A stretch of DNA of 64,000 bases, taken from IMG/VR virus record IMGVR_UViG_3300025707_000003, positions 96,001 through 160,000 of that record; one strand, 5' to 3'. The notes under the pieces are model-generated. The model saw nothing but the letters and a program-made list of their open reading frames with translations. It ran no database searches and was not told where the DNA came from. The stretch is from a virus. Its lineage: Duplodnaviria > Caudoviricetes. Numbering within the stretch: position 1 is the stretch's first letter; each line of letters opens with the position of its first letter. Shown piece after piece: positions 1 to 10,109 of the stretch. Made by a program: the position numbers and the translations under genes.

Positions 1-2
1 CT

Positions 3-788
3 CTCTTAAAACCGATGGAGGAGAATGATCGAGGTAGCTTTGATAAGAAGCTCGTCTGTATCTTCGCCACCACTGAACCAGAGAAGATGAGAAAGACGGT
101 ATTAAGTCGGTGTGCTCCTGCTTTTATCATTCGTCATGTGGATTCAGAAGAAATCGCTGATCGTTTACAAAAGGTTTGTGAGTGTGAGGGATTCGAGTAT
201 GAGCGTGAAGCATTGGTCTTAATAGCTGACTTTACAGAGGGGCATATTCGAGATGCTTTAAAAGCGATTGAGGGTGTTGCTTCCTCAAATGAAGGCAAGG
301 TGGGTCTACTAGGTGTAAGGTCTTATCTTCATGTGGATCGCAATGATGTAATCTGTCAGCTATTATTGAGTGATAACTCTAAGTCCTTAAGCCTAGTAGA
401 TGAGTTATTACAGTCTACCCCTGTGGGTATTGCTTATGACAGGTTGCAATCAGCGTGTATGTTTGCGATTTCTCTTGGGATGAAAGCGGGCGTACCTCCA
501 CCATATTGGAACAGACCTCTTTTACAAGAGATATGGGATAGGTATGGTATGCCTTTGTTAAGCCTCGCAGACAGTTTAGCGAGTCGCCCGATCAGACCAA
601 CAGGAGGTATGTTTAAGTGCGATTTATTGAAATGGAAGATTGGGGGTATCCAAACCATACAAGTGACTCAAACTTTAGTAGAGAAAAAATCCCTTGTTTC
701 AGAGCCTCAAGTGAATAATACACGATTAAAGAGCCAACTTTCGTTGTCTGAGTTTAGTAAGATGGTAAAAAGAATGGTATCTATCTAA
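3..788 (+). CDS. dnaX: DNA polymerase III gamma/tau (clamp loader) subunit, 5'-truncated by the window
   Basis: The frame is open from base 3 (LLKPMEE, compare DnaX NALLKTLEE). It also contains FATTEPEK..TVLSRC and GHIRDALK sensor motifs. Confidence 0.85.
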   Translation, partial: LLKPMEENDRGSFDKKLVCIFATTEPEKMRKTVLSRCAPAFIIRHVDSEEIADRLQKVCECEGFEYEREALVLIADFTEGHIRDALKAIEGVASSNEGKVGLLGVRSYLHVDRNDVICQLLLSDNSKSLSLVDELLQSTPVGIAYDRLQSACMFAISLGMKAGVPPPYWNRPLLQEIWDRYGMPLLSLADSLASRPIRPTGGMFKCDLLKWKIGGIQTIQVTQTLVEKKSLVSEPQVNNTRLKSQLSLSEFSKMVKRMVSI

Positions 789-809
789 AACCATTCTTTT
801 TACTGTGAG

Positions 810-1334
810 TTGTATATGAGAGAAACTTCGTGGGTTGTCCTTGAGCTTTCAACTAAAGGCGAAGATGAAGCCCTCAAAGGGTCGCTCAAAGATCGAATTG
901 TTTCAAATACTGCTTTTAATGTTGATGATGTCTACATACCTCTAATGGTTCAGAGGTATCATAAACCTATTTGGTTGATGGAGGGTTATATCTTCATTAA
1001 GAGCGGGTATGGAGCTGTAGAGTATTATAGCTTGAAGCAATCTGGTCTTGTAAGAGACATCATCTCACAGCTTGACACTCGTACAGGTCTTATGAGTATG
1101 GGAGTTGTTCCTGACTCAGACCTAAAGAAAATGGTAAAACAAGTTGATAACTTGGGTGGGTCTTTCAAACAAGGAGATTGGGTGCGATTAAAGTCAGGTC
1201 CTTTCAAGAGCTTTGAGGGTGAGGTAGTGATGACTTGGAGAGATGGTGATGTACGAATGTACGCTGTCCATCTCTCTTTTAGAAGTGTAGAAATCGTACA
1301 CACTATAGATTGCCTCTCAATAGAAGGAGCTTAA
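810..1334 (+). CDS. NusG/RfaH-family transcription elongation factor
   Basis: NGN-like N-terminus (WVVL..VYIP..MEGYIFI) and C-terminal KOW motif (FKQGDWVRLKSGPFKSFEGEV). Confidence 0.8.
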   Translation: MYMRETSWVVLELSTKGEDEALKGSLKDRIVSNTAFNVDDVYIPLMVQRYHKPIWLMEGYIFIKSGYGAVEYYSLKQSGLVRDIISQLDTRTGLMSMGVVPDSDLKKMVKQVDNLGGSFKQGDWVRLKSGPFKSFEGEVVMTWRDGDVRMYAVHLSFRSVEIVHTIDCLSIEGA

Positions 1335-1335
1335 A

Positions 1336-1902
1336 ATGGATCAAAAGCTAATGGAGCAGATTTTTTCTGACGCACATGGACTACAAAACTGTCCGACTCC
1401 AAGCTATGTCTCGGATGATCAGGTTGAAAAGATACATTCAATCTTAGAACATATGAGCAAAGTATCTCCAGTAGAAGCCGATATGGTTGAGTTGCATCTA
1501 TTACATGGATTGAGCCAAGCATATCTCGGAAGGATTTTTGGTTATACACAGCCAAATGTCCATTACAGGGTTAATCGAGGGTTAGATAGATTGAGAGTCT
1601 ATGCACAAATTACAATCTATGAGGAAGCTGAACTCAGAAGATTACTGTCTGGGTTCTTTATAGACAATAAAGACATCGAAGTTTTAGTTCTTTTATACAC
1701 CTACTCTAGCCAAAGCTATGTGGCTCGTCTGTTAGGCGACACACAAGGAAAGATCAGATACAGATATTTGAAGTGTTTAAAAGCGATGGAACAATCACCA
1801 AAATTAGATGAAGTGTATAATACCTTTAAAATCATCAGCGAAAATATCACTCTTCTTAGAGTTTTACCCGAAGATGTTGATCGGAAGAGGGTGATCTTAT
1901 GA
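1336..1902 (+). CDS. Sigma-70 region-4-like double HTH protein
   Basis: LSPVEADMVELHLLHGLSQAYLGRIFGYTQPNVHYRVNRG resembles sigma region 4. A second HTH follows (SQSYVARLLGDTQGKIRYRY). Confidence 0.6.
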   Translation: MDQKLMEQIFSDAHGLQNCPTPSYVSDDQVEKIHSILEHMSKVSPVEADMVELHLLHGLSQAYLGRIFGYTQPNVHYRVNRGLDRLRVYAQITIYEEAELRRLLSGFFIDNKDIEVLVLLYTYSSQSYVARLLGDTQGKIRYRYLKCLKAMEQSPKLDEVYNTFKIISENITLLRVLPEDVDRKRVIL

Positions 1903-2150
1903 CCGATAAGATCTTACCTAAAGACATCGTAAAAAGATGGGTCGCAGAAGTGATGACTCAAAAGTACGACATCACGATACACCCTCAAGAGTATCCTTTT
2001 GGAGAAAAGTTCATACGCAATCTACAACGAGAGGATTGGGATGTGAGTATAATTGAAGACCATAAAATTGTGATCACTTCTAATGACCCGATCAAGCTGG
2101 CACACTTAACAATCAAACTTAGGAATCAAGGATTCCTGATAGAGGATTGA
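1899..2150 (+). CDS. Hypothetical protein
   Basis: 83-aa ORF with an ATGA overlap to the previous gene. Confidence 0.7.
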   Translation: MTDKILPKDIVKRWVAEVMTQKYDITIHPQEYPFGEKFIRNLQREDWDVSIIEDHKIVITSNDPIKLAHLTIKLRNQGFLIED

Positions 2151-2153
2151 TTT

Positions 2154-2166
2154 GTAGTTTATCTAT
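2154..2166 (+). promoter_or_regulatory. Class B (putative late) promoter motif RTAGT-N3-TTTAT
   Basis: gtagtttatctat upstream of the SNF2 gene. About 18 similar intergenic copies occur in the window. Confidence 0.55.
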
Positions 2167-2207
2167 TACTGTTAATACTTGTAGATTTAAACTCAAAGGA
2201 GAACACA

Positions 2208-5200
2208 ATGGCTGTAAGAAGAAATCGCATTGTAAAACCGTATAGAGGTAAACTCTATGACATGGTGGTCAAGAACTTTGCTTATGTACCTGTTCTTAAT
2301 GCAAAAGGACAACAAGTAGAAGAGACCGATAAAGACGGTGAACCAATAAAAGGCAAGATCGTCAAGATCAGACGCAAAGAGGTGACTGACTCCTTTGAAA
2401 TATATTACAATATTTGCCTTGTAGACGAATACTTTAAGATGCTTTACGAAAAGTGTCTTAAAGACAGCATCACCCCATCTCCTGGGGAAATACTTGAGGT
2501 TTCAACCCTTAAAAATGATTTCGCTAAGAGTTGGAGGTACTTACTGCAAAAGTACGCTATCAAAGCACCACGAGGTACAAGAGAGCTTGCAACTAAAGTC
2601 GAAGCCCGACTCGCTGTGATTGATGGCAACATCAATCAAGGTCTTACTGCTGTACTTTCAGGTACCGACATCAACATGGTCATAGGGCAACTCAAAGGTG
2701 CCGCAGGTAGTTCAGACTTCAAAAGAACAATCGCCTTTTATGCAGATTACATCAAACAAGCCTTTAATATGCTTGGTTTTAATGTGGTTACAGAAGTTAA
2801 AAGCAATCCTAAGTTTAACATTAGATATGTGCAGTTCTCTGTTGGTGATGAGATCAGCGATTTAATAGCGAACTCAAGTAAGATGGTCGCAGGTGAGATC
2901 GAAAAGGCCGCTAAGTTAAAGAAAATCAGAGATGTGAAGCTCAAATCTTCTTTAATTGAAGAAGGTTATCATGTCGAGACTAGACCTACCTATGTTGATG
3001 GTGGGGTAGCGTATCTCACAGTTGCCTACGATCAGCAAGCCACTAAGATCCCTAAGCCTCGAAGTAAACCTAAAGAACCTGTTTTCTCTAAAAAAGATAA
3101 AGAGGTCATTCTTGCTTTAGAGAGCTTAGTTGAAGAGGAGAGAGTCTACGACATAAGCACTGACCCCAACGATTTTTTCGTTGCCCCTAAGTGTTCAATC
3201 GAAAAGGATGAGAGTGGTAAACCTACTCTTTCTTATGAGCCTGGTGAAGAAGAGAAGAATAAAAGCATTATTCGGCAGATAAAAGAAGCTCAGATTCGTT
3301 CTAAAGAGTTCTCTGTACCTCGATTTAAAGATGGTTTTGGCAGACTCCCTACTGGTGAGCCAGAAGCGGGGTACGACTCAAGAGGTAGACCAAGATTTAA
3401 GTATGTTGTACCTAAATCTCGCCTCAAGTTTTACAACCGAGCAGTTAGACTGTTTGATAAACTCTTACAGTTCAGAGCAATCTGCGACAATAAAGCCGCT
3501 CATAGTAAGGAAGTGTTCAACTACCGACAAGCTATGAAACCTCTTATTAAAGGTGTATATAGCACTGATTTCACTGATAATCTTGGCAACACTTACAAAC
3601 GCTTTAATAACATGGAAGATTTAGCTAAAAAGGTTATTAATAAGCGTAAAAAAGAACAGAAGAAGAGGCTAATTCAGCCTGATATTTCTACCGAGATAAT
3701 CACAGTCGAAAACTACCCCGATTGGGATGGGAAAAAGATTGTCTATTCAGATCGTAAAGTTAAGATTGCTTGCTTCAAGTACCCATCGGGGAACACATTC
3801 AACCCAGTCCACCACAAAGATCTTTTGCAAGAAGCCTTGAACAGAATAAATCTAGGCAGAAATCCCGACCTCGACCCAACTCTCAAAGATAAGGTCTTGA
3901 CTCCTTCATTTAGAGAGATAAAGGGGTCAGAAGGTCTGTCCAAGACTTTCCAACTTACCACTTTGAAAGATTCTAAGGGTAAAGATAAAGAAATCATCAT
4001 AGCAGGTCGGTATGCAGGATATGAAATCGACACTATATTGAACATGGAAGGTCGCTTTATCGAAGGTGGCTATGTCAAAAAAGAGAATGGTCGTACTAAG
4101 AAAGTTGAAACAGATCGTATCGCTTTTGATAGTAAAGGAAATGTGTCCACTCTTGATAAGGTCAAAAAGGGAGACAAATGGGAGTATAAGCAAAGACTCA
4201 TTGAACCTTACATCACAGTCAACCCAAAGACTGGTGTTCTTACTCTAGGTATACCAGGTGAAAACGAGAGTAAGGCTGACCGAAACATTATGAAGGATCT
4301 TGCTGAGAAAGTGACTAGTATTAGTACACTTAATGACCCAAAACTCCCCGATGGGCATAAAGGTCGTAATCCATTCTTTACTTTTTCTCCCGAAGACTTT
4401 GAACTCATTCGTGAGTCTTTAGGTTCTGTAGCTTTAAGTGCTTCTGCTTCTAAGTTCATGGACGAGTATTATGCAAAACTTAGAGCTAAACAGAACGCTC
4501 TTACTGTTGAGAACACTGAGCGTTTCACTCCCGAAGCTCTTGGTGGATTCGTTGCAGAGACTCCTCGTGGTCAGTTCAAGTTAAACAACAAACAAAAAGA
4601 AGCGGCCGCTTGGCTTGAATCATCTGGTATGCAGGGTGTAGTAGCTCTTGATACTGGTGTTGGAAAGACTCTTACCTCTCTTGTTGCAATCAAAAAAGCA
4701 ATCAATGAGGAGATGGAGCAAGGTGGAGATGAACGAAGATTTCTTTATGTTTCACCTAAGAGCCTTGTCGGAAACTTGAAGAAAGAGGTTCTTAGGTTCA
4801 TGGTAGAAGGTGGAGATGACTTTGTTCGTGCAGACGGAGAGGTTGAAAAGACCCCTAATTGGCAAAAACTCGTGCTTGGTCGCATTGATGAAGTGTCTTA
4901 TGAGGACTTTGTTGTAGACTTTAGGGCCTCTGAGGGCATTGATGATATCCTCTTAGACATGGATAATGGCAAACAGATCATTGCGGATACAAGTCGTCTT
5001 GCTCGTGAGAATAAACATCATGGCAAAGAAGCAACCATCACCTATGAAGTTAAGTATAAGAATGGTCGAGAGGTTTCAAGAAAAGAAGTTGATTTTCAAA
5101 TCGGAAACTTGATTGACCCGACTATTGTTCGCACAGCTTCTAGTAGAAACGAGGTAAGGACTGTCCAAGAACTCGTTTCTTATCCTGCTCTTTCACCCTC

Positions 5201-8200
5201 TGAAAAGGATGCAAAGAAGAAAGAACTTGCTAAGTCTCGTAGGGTGTATAACAAACTCAAGAAGGAAGCTAAGGTTAAATCCTCTCCTGCTTTGAATAAA
5301 AAGTACCAAGAGAGATACTATGCTTGCTTCTTTGATGAGATCAATGAGATCTTTGAAAAAGGACAAGGAGGAAAAGATAAAAACTACGCAGTGTCTTCTC
5401 TTGGACATCCTCGTAAAGTTTTCTTAACTGCTTCAGCACTTGATCGTGATCCTGTTGACCTTTATAGGCTCGCTACTCTAGCTAAAGGTAAAGTACCTAC
5501 TAAAAAGAGTGAGAAAGCCTTTGCAGAGAAATACGGTAAGGTTCTTGCAGGTCGTATGGTTGCCCTTAACCCAGACCCCAAACTAAGAGAACAGTTCTAT
5601 AATTGGGTCAAAGAGAACTCTTATTTTGCACCTAAGACAGACATTGCTTATGACAAGATGGGTGTTAACTATCAAGAGGTTTCTCTACCACAACTTCAGA
5701 AACTTAAGTCTCGTACTCTTACTACTCGTATGCCACAAGCCATACAGGAAAAGTACAAAAAGCAGGCTAAATCCATTTCGGGTGAGCTGAAAGCAATGGT
5801 GTCTAAGTATCGTGATCTTAGGCATAAACTTAATGAGTTAAAGGAAAACTCAGGCGACTTATATGATCGGACAAAGAGTAAGCCATACCAAGATCTCACT
5901 AAAGCTACAGCTAAAGTGAAAACAGCTTTAGACCGTCTTATTAAGACATCCTCTGAGGGGATGTTTAAGGCAGATGTAGGGTCTAAAATCTTTAGAGACA
6001 ATAATGAAGAGAAATGCCTCTATTTCAGTTCGAGTAAAAAACTTGCTGAGTCTCTCATTAAAAAGAACAGTAAGATCCGTAGAGATAAGGTCCATGCTCT
6101 TCTTTGGGCTAAAGAAATCATCTTCTATCAAAACGGTAAAGTTGTTGCTGGGGTGGAAGAAGAAGACAACATGGGCTTTGAAGCTTTCGATGCGAAGTAT
6201 ATCGACTCAGGTATCTACAGCAAGGTGGCATCTGAAGAGGAAGACACTGAAACCGAGTCTACTTGGGCTATGGACATCTCAGAGAAGTATGTCGCAGAGA
6301 ACGATAGCCTCGCAACTGCTGTATGTTCTGATAACTACGCTCGTGGTTTTAACTTCCAAACCTTCACTAAAGTCATCCACCTTGATCGTGGTAAAGGGTT
6401 TGATTCTGAACTATTAAAGCAAAGAACTGCTCGTGCTTATCGTGGTGGTCAATCTGAACAAGTAGAAGAAATCTACATTGACGCTACCTTTGCACCAGAC
6501 TCGGAGTCTGAAGGTACTGTCAGCGACAATGCTCGTAGACTCAAAGTGGACCTTAAAAACGCTCTCTCTCTTGAGCGTAGGGAGCTTGAAGAGGGTAAGG
6601 CTTATGTTGTCTATATTTGGTTCAAAGACCCTTCAGACGAGTTAGGTGACGAGTGGTTAAAGACAGACGAGTTTGTATTCAATGCCACAGATGAAACTCT
6701 TGAAGTCAAGCTCAACCAACTCTTCAACAGCATGGGTTATGTTAAGCCTCTTACTGTTGGGGATGAGGGTTATGTTGAAGAAGGGGCTAACGAACCTGTT
6801 AAGCGTTTAGTTCTCCTTGAGGGTACAGACATTAAAGAGAGAGCTACTGTTAAAGATGACTTTGATATGCTATCCATTGATCAGATTAAATCTCTGGTCA
6901 ATGAAGCAGATCAAGATTTCTTCCAAGACATTATTGTTAATGGTTTGAAATCTGACCTCACTAAGCGACTTGATGCTCGTGTTTCTGATACAGGTATTGC
7001 TATTAAAACCCCTGCTATGCTTAGATCTGTTCTTAACCCGACAGAAGAAAATCTATCAAGAGCTGAAAAAGAACTTGAAGAGTATGATGCAAACCCACTC
7101 AGCCATATCACTTTCGACCCAAGTCGTTATGATGACGCTGATATATGGTTGGCTAGCAGATTTAACAGAGATGGTACTAGTCTTACTGAGATGCAGAAGC
7201 AACGCATAGACCTAATGGGGGGTCCTGCTGTTGCAGACTATATTCTGGGAGACACTCAAGCATCAGCTACGACAGGTACATTAAGACTAACGGAGAACAG
7301 ATACATCGAGAGTGGTAACATCGATATTTCTTCTACTGTTATTAATAATAACTATGTTATGGCTAAACCTTGTGCTCCTAGAGGTTTTTCTCCGAGGTTC
7401 TTATTCGCTGAGATTGCCACTGCGAAACGCATGGGGATAAAAGAAATTAAATGTATGGCCGCAGGCAGTCCTGGAAGTGGAAGATATAGTGGTTATGCTG
7501 TATGGCCTAAGTATGGGTTTACATTTTCCATCGATCTTACGGGTCTACTAGGAAATGTACCATTTAGCTCACCTGACCAAGTGTATGTACAAGCTGTAAA
7601 ACAGATAATGGGTGAATATCCAGGTACTGTTGATCTTCAAAAGCTGTTGGTGATCTGTGCTGACATCGTGACTAACAAAGTCAAAGCAAATGATAAAAGA
7701 GCTTATGTAGAAGCGATGCGAGTATGGAAAGAAGCTAAGGCAAATGCTCTCGGTAACCGACCTGTACTCCCTACCAACGAAAAGTGGCAAGTAGGTGATC
7801 GTTTCGTGCTTGATAGCGAGTTTGTAAGAAATAGCTATCCACAGTTGTATAACGAACAGGGGGAGGTTACCGATGTAACTTCCAGTCAAATTAAGGTTCG
7901 ACTTGATAGAGGGACAACTCAGTCAATAAATAAAGACACCGATTGGATCACACAACTTAATCCTCGTCCTGCTGTTGATTTAAGTGCTTCACAGGAAGAG
8001 ATTGAGGCTTATGACAGAAGATCTGCTGAGTACGAGGCAAACATATCTAAACCACCACCACCTAAATCAAAGCGATCCGTTGAGTACACTGTTGCGGTAG
8101 GTGAGAAACTGTGGGGTTTGTACGGTGGTGGTGGGTCGATGACCTTGCATCTTAAAGACGGATCTATTTCCATGAAGATTGCTAACGCTTATCTTAAGAA

Positions 8201-8783
8201 AAAAGCACTTGAAGCGAACCTCGATGTAAACGATTTCCTTAACACCCCATTGGATCTCTTTAATATAGAAGACCCTTGGTGTTGGGAGCAGGAGATTGAC
8301 AAAGTTAAAGTTAAAGGTCAGCCTCTTGATTGGAAAAAGGTCATCGCTCAGTACCCAGAAGCGTTTAAGACTGCATGGTATGCAAATAAGGGGCTTCGTG
8401 ATAGAGTTACTCGTCTTGTAGGTTCTGTTGATGCTTTGGGTGCTTTCATGAAGAAGTATGACTTGATTGACCCTCAAACTGATTACAGAACTCCCCGTCC
8501 AGGTCAAAGATCACTACAAAGTAGGTCTGTTGGTCAAGAGCGTTCTGATAACAGTCAGTACAGTGCTGAAAATGTGCATCAGAGAGTTAAACTTGGTTCA
8601 GAGTTGACCTCTGAACAGGTGTCAGATCGCAAACTTTGGGAAGACTCTCAAGATCCTTGTTTACTTGCTGTTTGGGAACAGTTAAGACTTGAAAACTACG
8701 CAGGGCAAATTGTTGCCGAGTTGATCGAAGGCGAAGAAGATCCCGATCTCATTGAAGCTCAAAGAGCAAGAAAGGATAAATAA
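2208..8783 (+). CDS. Large SNF2-family (SF2) helicase-like protein, 2191 aa
   Basis: Motif I DTGVGKT, Ia VSPKSLV, II FFDEINE, III LTAS, V ARGFNFQ, VI QRTARAYRGGQ. Confidence 0.8.
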   Translation: MAVRRNRIVKPYRGKLYDMVVKNFAYVPVLNAKGQQVEETDKDGEPIKGKIVKIRRKEVTDSFEIYYNICLVDEYFKMLYEKCLKDSITPSPGEILEVSTLKNDFAKSWRYLLQKYAIKAPRGTRELATKVEARLAVIDGNINQGLTAVLSGTDINMVIGQLKGAAGSSDFKRTIAFYADYIKQAFNMLGFNVVTEVKSNPKFNIRYVQFSVGDEISDLIANSSKMVAGEIEKAAKLKKIRDVKLKSSLIEEGYHVETRPTYVDGGVAYLTVAYDQQATKIPKPRSKPKEPVFSKKDKEVILALESLVEEERVYDISTDPNDFFVAPKCSIEKDESGKPTLSYEPGEEEKNKSIIRQIKEAQIRSKEFSVPRFKDGFGRLPTGEPEAGYDSRGRPRFKYVVPKSRLKFYNRAVRLFDKLLQFRAICDNKAAHSKEVFNYRQAMKPLIKGVYSTDFTDNLGNTYKRFNNMEDLAKKVINKRKKEQKKRLIQPDISTEIITVENYPDWDGKKIVYSDRKVKIACFKYPSGNTFNPVHHKDLLQEALNRINLGRNPDLDPTLKDKVLTPSFREIKGSEGLSKTFQLTTLKDSKGKDKEIIIAGRYAGYEIDTILNMEGRFIEGGYVKKENGRTKKVETDRIAFDSKGNVSTLDKVKKGDKWEYKQRLIEPYITVNPKTGVLTLGIPGENESKADRNIMKDLAEKVTSISTLNDPKLPDGHKGRNPFFTFSPEDFELIRESLGSVALSASASKFMDEYYAKLRAKQNALTVENTERFTPEALGGFVAETPRGQFKLNNKQKEAAAWLESSGMQGVVALDTGVGKTLTSLVAIKKAINEEMEQGGDERRFLYVSPKSLVGNLKKEVLRFMVEGGDDFVRADGEVEKTPNWQKLVLGRIDEVSYEDFVVDFRASEGIDDILLDMDNGKQIIADTSRLARENKHHGKEATITYEVKYKNGREVSRKEVDFQIGNLIDPTIVRTASSRNEVRTVQELVSYPALSPSEKDAKKKELAKSRRVYNKLKKEAKVKSSPALNKKYQERYYACFFDEINEIFEKGQGGKDKNYAVSSLGHPRKVFLTASALDRDPVDLYRLATLAKGKVPTKKSEKAFAEKYGKVLAGRMVALNPDPKLREQFYNWVKENSYFAPKTDIAYDKMGVNYQEVSLPQLQKLKSRTLTTRMPQAIQEKYKKQAKSISGELKAMVSKYRDLRHKLNELKENSGDLYDRTKSKPYQDLTKATAKVKTALDRLIKTSSEGMFKADVGSKIFRDNNEEKCLYFSSSKKLAESLIKKNSKIRRDKVHALLWAKEIIFYQNGKVVAGVEEEDNMGFEAFDAKYIDSGIYSKVASEEEDTETESTWAMDISEKYVAENDSLATAVCSDNYARGFNFQTFTKVIHLDRGKGFDSELLKQRTARAYRGGQSEQVEEIYIDATFAPDSESEGTVSDNARRLKVDLKNALSLERRELEEGKAYVVYIWFKDPSDELGDEWLKTDEFVFNATDETLEVKLNQLFNSMGYVKPLTVGDEGYVEEGANEPVKRLVLLEGTDIKERATVKDDFDMLSIDQIKSLVNEADQDFFQDIIVNGLKSDLTKRLDARVSDTGIAIKTPAMLRSVLNPTEENLSRAEKELEEYDANPLSHITFDPSRYDDADIWLASRFNRDGTSLTEMQKQRIDLMGGPAVADYILGDTQASATTGTLRLTENRYIESGNIDISSTVINNNYVMAKPCAPRGFSPRFLFAEIATAKRMGIKEIKCMAAGSPGSGRYSGYAVWPKYGFTFSIDLTGLLGNVPFSSPDQVYVQAVKQIMGEYPGTVDLQKLLVICADIVTNKVKANDKRAYVEAMRVWKEAKANALGNRPVLPTNEKWQVGDRFVLDSEFVRNSYPQLYNEQGEVTDVTSSQIKVRLDRGTTQSINKDTDWITQLNPRPAVDLSASQEEIEAYDRRSAEYEANISKPPPPKSKRSVEYTVAVGEKLWGLYGGGGSMTLHLKDGSISMKIANAYLKKKALEANLDVNDFLNTPLDLFNIEDPWCWEQEIDKVKVKGQPLDWKKVIAQYPEAFKTAWYANKGLRDRVTRLVGSVDALGAFMKKYDLIDPQTDYRTPRPGQRSLQSRSVGQERSDNSQYSAENVHQRVKLGSELTSEQVSDRKLWEDSQDPCLLAVWEQLRLENYAGQIVAELIEGEEDPDLIEAQRARKDK

Positions 8784-8784
8784 T

Positions 8785-9048
8785 ATGGAAGATCTAGCTA
8801 CAATCGAAGAATGGATTGATTACATCAACCAAATCCCCATGATGGAAATGATTAGCCATGCTAAGGTCATCGGATCTGTCTCTTTCGAGGAAAATAGAGG
8901 GGATGAAGGGTACGATGACGAGGACATTATGGTCATCTATCAAGCACTCGCTAAAAGGTTCTTAGAACTCGAAATGCGTGTCCCAGATATGATGGACAAT
9001 GCGTGTGTTAGCTTCAGATCCATTGCAACAGGCATCTTCACTCTGTAA
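8785..9048 (+). CDS. Hypothetical acidic protein
   Basis: ATG 1 nt after the SNF2 stop; internal start within the track ORF 8752..9048. Confidence 0.65.
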   Translation: MEDLATIEEWIDYINQIPMMEMISHAKVIGSVSFEENRGDEGYDDEDIMVIYQALAKRFLELEMRVPDMMDNACVSFRSIATGIFTL

Positions 9049-9055
9049 TGATTGA

Positions 9056-9112
9056 TAATCTCCTTGAGGTGGTATAAATAATCATTACGATGCAACCACA
9101 TCAAGGAGATTA
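9056..9112 (+). promoter_or_regulatory. Hairpin (18-bp stem, 1 mismatch) covering the Shine-Dalgarno of the 9116 gene
   Basis: taatctccttgaggtggt (9056-9073) pairs with accacatcaaggagatta (9095-9112). Confidence 0.6.
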
Positions 9113-9115
9113 CCT

Positions 9116-9313
9116 ATGAACGAGTCCGTCTATCAAGCTCTGAAAATGGCTGAAGAGTATCACTCTCGCAAATATGCCTCAAACCAAGAGCAAGCATACC
9201 CTACGATTACCGACATCTTGGCAACAGCAAGAGATATCTTTGAGTTCATCACTACTCTAAGTGAGGAGGATCTCAATGAAGAGTTTCCATTGGAGGTCGA
9301 TGATATAGTGTAG
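9116..9313 (+). CDS. Hypothetical protein
   Basis: 65-aa ORF with an AAGGAG RBS. Confidence 0.65.
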   Translation: MNESVYQALKMAEEYHSRKYASNQEQAYPTITDILATARDIFEFITTLSEEDLNEEFPLEVDDIV

Positions 9314-9353
9314 TCTTTTTATTACTACCCCTTACTAATAGAGGGTATTGATA

Positions 9354-9689
9354 ATGAACAAGTCGTACACACAGAAGCAAGGTGAGATTAGGGTTTGCTT
9401 AGAAGCAAACTTCAAAGGTTTATCCTACCCTAAGTACATCTTTACTGTCCTGTCTGAGTGTGGCTTCTCATACGATAGAAATCATGACGGTATTGTGTTT
9501 GTTCACAATCAAGATACAAATCTAACTATCTTGATTACTTTAGACCGAAGACAAAAGTGGCATCACCTCATAGCGTATAAACACTCTAAATGGACGCTAA
9601 CCTATGAGGGTGATGTAAAATATCATGTCTTTGGGAATGATGTATTAAAGACAATACGCAGAGCTTATCTGCACTGGTATGGTCTTTAG
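9354..9689 (+). CDS. Hypothetical protein, possible distant paralog of the 54-55 kb trio
   Basis: ORF downstream of the class B motif at 9310-9322. It has an L..CGF core and a C-terminal LKTIRRAYLHW. Confidence 0.65.
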   Translation: MNKSYTQKQGEIRVCLEANFKGLSYPKYIFTVLSECGFSYDRNHDGIVFVHNQDTNLTILITLDRRQKWHHLIAYKHSKWTLTYEGDVKYHVFGNDVLKTIRRAYLHWYGL

Positions 9690-9717
9690 AACTTATGCTA
9701 AATCTAATGACTTCTGA

Positions 9718-10107
9718 TTACTTGTTGAAGTCAGTGCGAACACTACGAGGAATTAAAAGTACTTTGCGAAGAAGCAACTCAAGCTGACGAACTTCACCCC
9801 TACCTTCTCCTTCTACACAAAACAGCTCAAGCTCTGTTAGCCCATTAGAAGCAGTGAAACCAATGAAGTGCTTATAGTCATACTTTATCTCCCAATCGCC
9901 CTCTTCTGCAATTAAGATTTTATTAGACCAACTTTCGATGTAACTAGTGATGTCCTTAAAGTCTCCTCGCTTACGAACATAATAATCACCCTCTGAACCT
10001 TCGTGGATGTGACCCTCAAGCTCAAAAACAAGAGAGGAAGATTGTTTCTCAAGACGAGCGATTCTTAGCTCAAGTTCATTAATTATTTCTGATGCTGATC
10101 TTTTCAT
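9718..10107 (-). CDS. Tag-family protein 1 (MKRSASEIINELELRIARLE) with unknown cargo
   Basis: Shared 20-aa N-terminal tag. It starts 2 nt after tag protein 2. Confidence 0.8.
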   Translation of the reverse strand: MKRSASEIINELELRIARLEKQSSSLVFELEGHIHEGSEGDYYVRKRGDFKDITSYIESWSNKILIAEEGDWEIKYDYKHFIGFTASNGLTELELFCVEGEGRGEVRQLELLLRKVLLIPRSVRTDFNK

Positions 10108-10109
10108 GG

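Noticed and set aside
4800-5330. Intein in the SNF2 insert
   Set aside because: No N-terminal C/S block, no HN-[CST] end and no LAGLIDADG motif.
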